From a virus, in IMG/VR virus record IMGVR_UViG_3300042345_000884, positions 1-64,000 of that record: a DNA stretch of 64,000 bases; one strand, 5' to 3'. A model generated the notes under the pieces. The model was not told where the DNA came from. It searched no databases and worked only from the letters and a program-made list of their open reading frames with translations. Numbering within the stretch: position 1 is the first letter of the stretch; the number at the start of each line of letters is the position of its first letter. Shown in pieces: positions 57,033 through 64,000 of the stretch. The position numbers and the translations under genes are program-made.

Positions 57033-57530
57033 GTGATGATTAGATTTTACTGGAATGATAAATTAGTGTCTCGCCACGAGACAGAAGCAGAAGCTTTTGA
57101 ACAAGGATTCAAATATTTGCATCAACATCCTGCATCGCCTGATTTTAAGGGTATGCCTCATAGACAGTGTTCATTTGTGGACACAACAGAGATTGACTGG
57201 TGGAAACGTTCAAAAATCCTTTTTGAACGTTTTACTGATTGGATTTGGTATAAACGGTATTCTGATAGTAGAGGTGTACTTATAGACATGAAGCGTATCC
57301 TTTCAGAAATAAAAAGAAAAGGGTATTTATCTTTAGACGATATAAATCAACTAACAGAGGTTGACCCAGATTTCTTGCGTAGCTTTGCAAAGTGCTATAA
57401 ACTAACTCTAGAAGAGGTAAAAGTGTTAGCATCTAAAAGAGAAGTAACGTTTAACATGGTTTTTGAGTACATAGAAATTCGTTATTCGGCATTAGCGTAT
57501 TGGTTACGCAAATCAAAAATCACTCCTTAA
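57033..57530 (+). CDS. hypothetical protein (YW family)
   Basis: IRFYWNDKLVSRH. Confidence 0.65.
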   Translation: MMIRFYWNDKLVSRHETEAEAFEQGFKYLHQHPASPDFKGMPHRQCSFVDTTEIDWWKRSKILFERFTDWIWYKRYSDSRGVLIDMKRILSEIKRKGYLSLDDINQLTEVDPDFLRSFAKCYKLTLEEVKVLASKREVTFNMVFEYIEIRYSALAYWLRKSKITP

Positions 57531-57587
57531 AACTAATAAAAATAAATTGTTATAATAGCTGTAAGTTATCCTTACAGCTATTTTTTA

Positions 57588-57986
57588 ATGATCAACTGGA
57601 ATCTAGGAAGACAATTAGCGATTGAGTCTTTTAATGAGATGACGGACGAATTTGCCCAAGAAATTAACTTTCAGATAGAAGATACTAAATGGCCTTGGCC
57701 GCGGGAAACCGAGCGAAAAAATAATACTGTAGTTGGCTCACCTCGGGACATTGTAGATACAGGTGAGCTAAAAAATAGCCAATTTATTGAAGATGTATCT
57801 GATACCTATAAAGTAATCGGTTATACGGCTGAACACGCACCTCTCGTTCATGAGGGATACGAAATAGAGCGTAACGATGGAACGGTGACAGATATTCCCG
57901 CCCGTCCTTTTATAGACACAGCTATAGAAGACTATAATCCAATTGAGGCTTATAGTGAAATTTTAAAGGGAAAATTAAATGAGTGA
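57588..57986 (+). CDS. HK97 gp10-like neck/tail completion protein
   Basis: VDTGELKNS...VHEG...PARPF. Confidence 0.8.
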   Translation: MINWNLGRQLAIESFNEMTDEFAQEINFQIEDTKWPWPRETERKNNTVVGSPRDIVDTGELKNSQFIEDVSDTYKVIGYTAEHAPLVHEGYEIERNDGTVTDIPARPFIDTAIEDYNPIEAYSEILKGKLNE

Positions 57987-58428
57987 ATCAGAATTAAGAG
58001 ATATTTTACTCGGTATTAGAAATAATTTAAAAATACTTATTGGTACTGACTTAGGTAAATATGAAATAACAAGCCCTACAGGGCAAAAATTAAATGAAAT
58101 AGACGCTATCTGGGTAGAGCCTCCCGAACTACCCGCTAACTATAAAGTAAAGCTTAATAGTGGAATTGAGGTAATTATTCAGAGGGAACCCGACCCCTAT
58201 CACGAAAACCTATTAGGCTATACCGTAGGTATAAATAACTATTGTATTACTTTAAAACAGTATAATCTAGAGAAATCTCTAACGCCGGTAATCGAAAGAC
58301 TTAAATCTTCTCGCTACTGGAATTTTCTAGATCAGCCCCGACTAACCCCCTACACCAAAACTTCTGAGGGAATCATTAGACCAAAAGCGACCTTTAAAAT
58401 CACTACTGCTAGGCTTTTAGGATTTTAG
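57979..58428 (+). CDS. putative tail terminator
   Basis: synteny. Confidence 0.55.
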   Translation: MSESELRDILLGIRNNLKILIGTDLGKYEITSPTGQKLNEIDAIWVEPPELPANYKVKLNSGIEVIIQREPDPYHENLLGYTVGINNYCITLKQYNLEKSLTPVIERLKSSRYWNFLDQPRLTPYTKTSEGIIRPKATFKITTARLLGF

Positions 58429-58498
58429 AGTACATAAATACTAAACTTTCTAAACTTTATAGTACAATGTAACTAGAAAAGTTTAGTCAGTGATCAGA

Positions 58499-59230
58499 AT
58501 GAGTAATCAGATTTTAGAACTCAATCGGAGTGACAACCTCACCCCGTCTCGTGATACGCGATTTTTCATATCGGGTGTTTATGGGTTCGGAGAAGACCCT
58601 CCGACGCGGGTAGCTGATTTAGCTACCGCGGTTATTTTAGGAGACACTACTCTTACCGTAGCTACGGGGGGATTTGGTAGAATCCTTTACCCTGGCAACC
58701 TAATTTATCTCGGTGCTACTAGCAACGACTACGTTGTGGTTCGCACAAAAACCACAGCCACTCAGACAGCAATTCAGATCGAGCCGGCTAAGGTCGCTGC
58801 TACTCTTGCTACCCCCGCGCAAAAATGCACGCTTAAATCTTGGGTTCCGCTTATAAGCGCAAAAACCTTCAATGTTGATACTTCTACTACTGAGGTAAGT
58901 GATAGTGTTTTCACCGAAATTGCGGTTGAAAAATTCATCTCCGAAATCATGAGTACCGGATCGGTATCGGGTGCGATTGTATTTGGCGATCCTGGTTATG
59001 AAATTGTTAAAGCCGCAGAGCAAAAAGGTGAGCGAATTTATCTTGAGATTGTCTATATGGGGCAACGCGGCGGGCTAGGATTCCAGTGTAATGTTAGCCA
59101 AAATGTTAATGGAGAAAAAGGTAATTTCTTACAGGGGAATATCACACTAACTATTAGTGGCAATGTGATCGACATTAAACCGATGGCAACGTCGCCATTC
59201 TCTTCTAATGTAGCCGATGACCTCAATTAA
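58499..59230 (+). CDS. major tail (tube) protein
   Basis: synteny; GSVSG...DPGYEI; beta-rich. Confidence 0.7.
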   Translation: MSNQILELNRSDNLTPSRDTRFFISGVYGFGEDPPTRVADLATAVILGDTTLTVATGGFGRILYPGNLIYLGATSNDYVVVRTKTTATQTAIQIEPAKVAATLATPAQKCTLKSWVPLISAKTFNVDTSTTEVSDSVFTEIAVEKFISEIMSTGSVSGAIVFGDPGYEIVKAAEQKGERIYLEIVYMGQRGGLGFQCNVSQNVNGEKGNFLQGNITLTISGNVIDIKPMATSPFSSNVADDLN

Positions 59231-59492
59231 AGTTAACCTTCTTGTTGATGAAAACGAAGAGGTAATGTTAGTTAACTGCAAAATAATTAATAATTACCTC
59301 TTGTTTTCTCTTGGTACATTTGATCGGGAAATAAGTCAACAAGAAAAGACATTAATCGAACCACCAGACGGAACAAAGAACCAAGAAAGAATACAGGTAT
59401 CTGTAACCCTTGATCCTCTGTGGCTCAATACAGAACAAAGCGCAAAAAGAAATCAAAAGGTAAAAATAAATGAAGTTAAGCGTATTAGGTAA
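59217..59492 (+). CDS. hypothetical tail-region protein
   Basis: overlapping operon. Confidence 0.6.
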   Translation: MTSIKVNLLVDENEEVMLVNCKIINNYLLFSLGTFDREISQQEKTLIEPPDGTKNQERIQVSVTLDPLWLNTEQSAKRNQKVKINEVKRIR

Positions 59493-60252
59493 ACTGAAAT
59501 TCAATGAAACATTCTTTTTCCCTTTAAAAAAAGAATGGATTTATTATATCCAAGACAATGATGCTTTATTAGAAAAAATAGACGCAATTGCTACCGAAGA
59601 AAATGGGGAAATTGGGATTAAGTTTTTAAAACGATACGGGATTAATCCAAAGGAAAATGAAACAGTCAAGGAATACTTAGAGGCACGAGAAAAAGCTGAT
59701 AAAGCTTATCTTGAAAAAATTAAAGCTATCGGGCAAAAAACGGGACTATCCACTACTGAAATTGAAGGAGTAGTAGTTAACGACGGTTCGATCCGAGAAC
59801 GAATTGAACAGGTCATGGTTGATGCCCTTGACGGGGTAAAATCTGACAGCGTAGAACAAAAAGTAGAAACCGCTGCTATTGTACAGCAATCGATATTAAA
59901 CAACCGCAAGAAAACAAGAGAACTAACAAGAGAATCTATAGAACTTGTAGAACCTTATCTTGATGAATTGAACGCTTTATTTAAAGATCGGGAAACAACC
60001 TATGAAACTTACAATAAAGCCTTATTAGCTAATTTTCTTGGCAGTCCTCGTCGGGTAGTCAAACTCAAAGATAAATCTTCTGTTGACTTTACTATACAAG
60101 ACATTAACGATATGTCTCAATTTATGATGGTAGCTTTATACCAAGACTATCTCTGGCAGGACATAACCCAGTGGAAGCAATCAGAACCTGAAAAACCAGA
60201 ACCAGAAAAATCAGAATCAGAGCCAACGGAGGATGACGAAAAAAACGAATAG
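59470..60252 (+). CDS. tail assembly chaperone (G-like)
   Basis: between tail tube and tape measure genes; ends in a slippery site. Confidence 0.7.
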   Translation: MKLSVLGKLKFNETFFFPLKKEWIYYIQDNDALLEKIDAIATEENGEIGIKFLKRYGINPKENETVKEYLEAREKADKAYLEKIKAIGQKTGLSTTEIEGVVVNDGSIRERIEQVMVDALDGVKSDSVEQKVETAAIVQQSILNNRKKTRELTRESIELVEPYLDELNALFKDRETTYETYNKALLANFLGSPRRVVKLKDKSSVDFTIQDINDMSQFMMVALYQDYLWQDITQWKQSEPEKPEPEKSESEPTEDDEKNE

Positions 60253-60698
60253 ATGACGCAATTAATGCGCGGTTAGAAGCAATCGCTAATCCCATCAATT
60301 GGGAAGAAATCTATTACAAATGGTGTGCGTGGGGACTGTCTGTCGAGGAGTGGGAAGAGTGGCCAGACTGGTTAATCCTAAAAAAATATTCAGGGATTCA
60401 AAAAGTCAAATGTGAAGAGATCAATTCACTATCGGACACAGTTAGCCAGATTGCCGCCATGGTTAACATTTACTTAATGGCTCAATCAAAAGAAAAATCA
60501 CAGTCTCAACCTCCAAAACCCAGTGATTTTCTTCCTTTCCGGTTTAAAGAAAATAAAAAATATTTTCTTGATCAAGAAACCGCTCAAATTCTGTTAGAAG
60601 CTATGAAAACTGGACAAGTGCCAGTCTTCGCCACTCAGATAATAGTTGATTGCGGACTATACGACGAAATAATTCAATCAATAGGGGAGAAAAGCTAA
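60240..60698 (+). CDS. -1 frameshift extension of the chaperone (GT-like)
   Basis: A AAA AAC at 60240-60246; -1 frame open to 60698. Confidence 0.75.
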   Translation, partial: KKRIDDAINARLEAIANPINWEEIYYKWCAWGLSVEEWEEWPDWLILKKYSGIQKVKCEEINSLSDTVSQIAAMVNIYLMAQSKEKSQSQPPKPSDFLPFRFKENKKYFLDQETAQILLEAMKTGQVPVFATQIIVDCGLYDEIIQSIGEKS

Positions 60699-63600
60699 TG
60701 TCTTTATCACTTGGTACTTTAGAAATCGGTCTAGGGCTAAATACAGCCCAATATGATAGTGGTATCAAATCGGCTAAAGACCAGCTTTCTTCCTTAGAGG
60801 ATTATGCCCAAAAAATCACTAGAGACATGGAATGGTCTCTTAAACAAAGTATTCCTAAGCTAACAATTGTTCCGTCAGTAGATCACCGTCCATTACACGG
60901 TTTAAATAAACATTTATCAGAAAAAGGAAAACACATTGATCAAGTTAGTAAAAAAGTTATCAAGATTAAAGTTGATGACAGTGAACTACAAGAAATAGCA
61001 AACAAAACAGTTATAGTTCAGGCGAAAGTTCAGTCTAAAAGTTCTAGCCAAAAATATTCTAATGAGATTAAACAAACAGTAGAAGTATCTATCAAAAATG
61101 CAAATCTTGAATTATTAACAGAAATTAAAGCGGTTACAAAAGAAATCAGAGAAGTTGTTAAAGCTGTTTCTAGATTAAAGCCTACAGCTATTGGAACTAT
61201 AAGCAATTCTTTAATACAAGGAATTGGATTTAATTTGACTAAAAGTTTTAGTCAAGGATTTGAACAAAGTTTTACTAGAAAAACTGGATTTAACTTTGAA
61301 TCTGCTGGGCAAAAAACTGGAGATATAACTGCTAGTTCTGTACAGTTTGTTCAACCAGTATTAAATAAACTTGTTGATACTTTACAAATAAAAATAGATA
61401 AAATAACAGGCAGAGATAAACCGATTGGAGAACGAATATTAACTGCATCAGAAACTTTCCAAAAAATACAAACCAAGATAGGAGTTTCTAATAATAATCC
61501 TTATGCTCAAAAATCTATAGATAGTTCGATAGCAAGTTTTCAAAATATGCTCAGTGTTTTAGGAAGTGGCGAATTTTCAGAATTTCCAGAAGCATCTCAA
61601 AAGGCAATAACTTCACTAACAGAGTTATTAAACCTTATATCTTCCGAAAATAACTTAGGTGAACTTACTAAAGATTTAGCAGATTTATTAAAAATAACAA
61701 TTGCTTTTAGTGGAAAAGATTTTTTACAAATTATTAAACAATCTCACTCTCTTTTGAAAACTCAAAAAGCTTTAGAGGGAAGTAGCGCAGAATTTATCGG
61801 AGCTTTAAAGCAAGCAGTATCAGAGCAAAAAATTATTGAACAAGGATTTAGATTGATTGCAAGAGAAAATCATAAATCATTTTTTGTTAACGATGAAGGT
61901 AAATATATTGGAACCGACAATGTAGGTGGTCGAGTGATCGGATTTACAGCCACACCAAAACAATCAATACCTGGTGTTGGGCAAGATATTTATGAAATTG
62001 CTTTTTCTCTAGATTCTCGGTTTTCTAGTCTAGGAGATGCAGCGCAATTAACAAAAAAAGAAGTAATTCAACTAAAAAACTCTGTGTCTGAGTTTTTTAA
62101 TAAGTTTGTAAGCAATACTAATGAAGCTATATTAACTGCATCGCCAGAAAATGTAGATCAAAAAGGAAAAAGACGGGGATCAATTTATCAACGATTTGGG
62201 TTTGTTCCTGAAGGAGAAGACAATCGTTTAGTGGCGCAAATTTCTTCTAGGAAAATTGTTGAGCCAAACTTAAAGTTTAATTTAAAACAGAATGAACAGG
62301 TTGCTCAAATAAGTAAACAAATTGAACAAAGATTGACAACTACTTTAGGTACGTTTGATAATCTATTTCAGCATAGTATTTCACAATCTATTCAATACGC
62401 TAAATCTATAATTATTGGAAGCGAGTTAATTCAGCAAGATTTAGAGCAACTTCAAAAAGAAGCCCAAAACGCTGAATATGATGATTCACCCGCAATACAA
62501 GCTCAAAATAGAATAAATCAAAATTTAAAAAATTTACAAGCAAGAGTAAATCAAAGCAAAAGACTGCAAAACGATCCTATTTTACGAGATTTTTCTAAAA
62601 TAGACATAACAAATATAAATACTCTTGTACCAAAAGAACAATTAGCAAAAATTGCATTAAAAATTACTAAAATTACAGAAAATGTGCCTAAAGAAATTGT
62701 TGAAAAATTACTTGAGCGTATTGCACAATTTCAGCCAAAAGAAATAATTGACCCTACACTCTTAGGATCAATTATTTCTTCATTAACAAAAGATATACAA
62801 ACTCAATTAACAGGAGTAACACCTCAATTAAAAATGTTTGGTAGTGGTGTTAATTCAAATTATCTAAATTTATTACCAGAAAAAAAACGAGCATCATTTC
62901 TTAAAAAACAAACAGAATACGAGCAAGCATTAATTAAATACGAGCAGACCGACAATCCAGAAGCCAAAATACCGACTCCTCCACAGTTAAGCAAGATTGA
63001 TAAACAGACAATTGCTAAAAACCTTAGAATTGAAGACATTCAACGTGAAGTCTCTTATGTTATTCAAAATGCTAACACTTTAAGAAAAGCGTCTCAAGAT
63101 GCTATTGATCGAGTTAATAATTTATTAGCTAAAGTGCCAAAAAACGAAAGATTTGGACATCCATTGGCATCATTAAAAGGAAACCTTACTCAACTTAAAG
63201 AATCTGCCGAAAATGTTAATCCTATTTATGATTTAAAAAAATTAGGTGTAAACAAAGAAATTCTTGACGCTATTAACGTTAAATCTCAAGTAATACCAGA
63301 AATGGCTGATGCTGGCTCTAGTATTGTCTCTGGATTAATGCAAGGATTAAATAGTAAACTAGCAGAACTTGAGACTGTTTCAATAGACATTGCCTCTATT
63401 CCACTAGAAATAACTAAACAAATCAATAAAATACAGTCGCCTTCTAAAGAATTTGAAAAAATAGGAAAAAATATAGTTGAAGGTGAAATTAAAGGGATTA
63501 AGTCGAAAGAAAAAGATTTACAAGCGACGATGGCTATCATTGCTAAAAATATGATAGAGAATCTTTATTTGGCGACTAAAAATCCTGTAAACATCGATCC

Positions 63601-64000
63601 GTTTTTTCCTCATCCACAATCATCAGGTGGTGGAATACCTCCTATTCCCCCTATTAACCGACCTGTTGCTTCATCTGATCCCGAACCCGAACCAAATAAA
63701 CAGGCAAAATCGGCAAGCAAGATAATTCAGAATATAGACAATCCTACTCAATTACAAAAAATAGGTAAGGTATTTGAAGTAATTAAAAATCAGTTAAATA
63801 ACTTGCCTGAACCTATTAAACGAGTCTTGCTCGGAGCAAGAACACTATTATCAGCTTTTGCTGGTTTTCAAATTCTTCAGCAAGCCAGTATGTTTTTTCG
63901 ACAATTTACCACTGATTCTTTTGAAGCAGCATTAAACATGGAGCGGCTTGAAACAGCCTTAGATTTTTCAACTGAAAATGCTGAATCTTCTCTTGCTAAA
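60698..64000 (+). CDS. tape measure protein (3'-truncated by window)
   Basis: MSLSLGTLEIGLGLNT...; IQSPSKEFEKIGKNIVEG motif; no in-frame stop reported by the ORF track. Confidence 0.85.
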   Translation, partial: MSLSLGTLEIGLGLNTAQYDSGIKSAKDQLSSLEDYAQKITRDMEWSLKQSIPKLTIVPSVDHRPLHGLNKHLSEKGKHIDQVSKKVIKIKVDDSELQEIANKTVIVQAKVQSKSSSQKYSNEIKQTVEVSIKNANLELLTEIKAVTKEIREVVKAVSRLKPTAIGTISNSLIQGIGFNLTKSFSQGFEQSFTRKTGFNFESAGQKTGDITASSVQFVQPVLNKLVDTLQIKIDKITGRDKPIGERILTASETFQKIQTKIGVSNNNPYAQKSIDSSIASFQNMLSVLGSGEFSEFPEASQKAITSLTELLNLISSENNLGELTKDLADLLKITIAFSGKDFLQIIKQSHSLLKTQKALEGSSAEFIGALKQAVSEQKIIEQGFRLIARENHKSFFVNDEGKYIGTDNVGGRVIGFTATPKQSIPGVGQDIYEIAFSLDSRFSSLGDAAQLTKKEVIQLKNSVSEFFNKFVSNTNEAILTASPENVDQKGKRRGSIYQRFGFVPEGEDNRLVAQISSRKIVEPNLKFNLKQNEQVAQISKQIEQRLTTTLGTFDNLFQHSISQSIQYAKSIIIGSELIQQDLEQLQKEAQNAEYDDSPAIQAQNRINQNLKNLQARVNQSKRLQNDPILRDFSKIDITNINTLVPKEQLAKIALKITKITENVPKEIVEKLLERIAQFQPKEIIDPTLLGSIISSLTKDIQTQLTGVTPQLKMFGSGVNSNYLNLLPEKKRASFLKKQTEYEQALIKYEQTDNPEAKIPTPPQLSKIDKQTIAKNLRIEDIQREVSYVIQNANTLRKASQDAIDRVNNLLAKVPKNERFGHPLASLKGNLTQLKESAENVNPIYDLKKLGVNKEILDAINVKSQVIPEMADAGSSIVSGLMQGLNSKLAELETVSIDIASIPLEITKQINKIQSPSKEFEKIGKNIVEGEIKGIKSKEKDLQATMAIIAKNMIENLYLATKNPVNIDPFFPHPQSSGGGIPPIPPINRPVASSDPEPEPNKQAKSASKIIQNIDNPTQLQKIGKVFEVIKNQLNNLPEPIKRVLLGARTLLSAFAGFQILQQASMFFRQFTTDSFEAALNMERLETALDFSTENAESSLAK

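Noticed and set aside
3139-63540. Many short antisense or alternate-frame ORFs (e.g. 3139, 4154, 31721, 37219, 58700, 63286)
   Set aside because: Shadows of well-supported genes with no RBS or motifs

Overview
AT-rich 64-kb segment of a temperate, long-tailed (siphovirus-like) cyanophage or prophage. The host is probably a Microcystis-like freshwater cyanobacterium, inferred from nblA, TTATCAG heptamer repeats and cyanobacterial LexA-like boxes. Layout: (0.4-4.6 kb) divergent XRE repressor / ribbon-helix-helix switch and a primase-DUF3987 replication protein; (4.6-4.8 kb) a promoter-driven ~200-nt tRNA-like RNA with large internal expansions; (5.7-9.8 kb) a tandem array of 8 paralogues with conserved ends and variable middles; (10-18 kb) SF2 helicase, GTA-like baseplate/tail genes and GH19 endolysin; (18-27 kb) portal, DNA methyltransferase and head genes; (27-35 kb) nblA, a fused thymidylate synthase and nrdAB; (35-38 kb) minus-strand virion accessory genes; (38.4-57.5 kb) an accessory region of small genes punctuated by TTATCAG repeats and six near-identical LexA-box/operator promoters, containing two mirror-image antirepressor plus ori-like repeat blocks, tRNA(CAT), the minus-strand terminase, a Mom-like gene with an in-frame TAA and a candidate ring nuclease; (57.6-64 kb) tail genes with a -1 frameshifted chaperone and a tape measure protein that runs off the window and carries an embedded GNAT-like domain. 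All family assignments come from motif recognition by eye; no searches were run.
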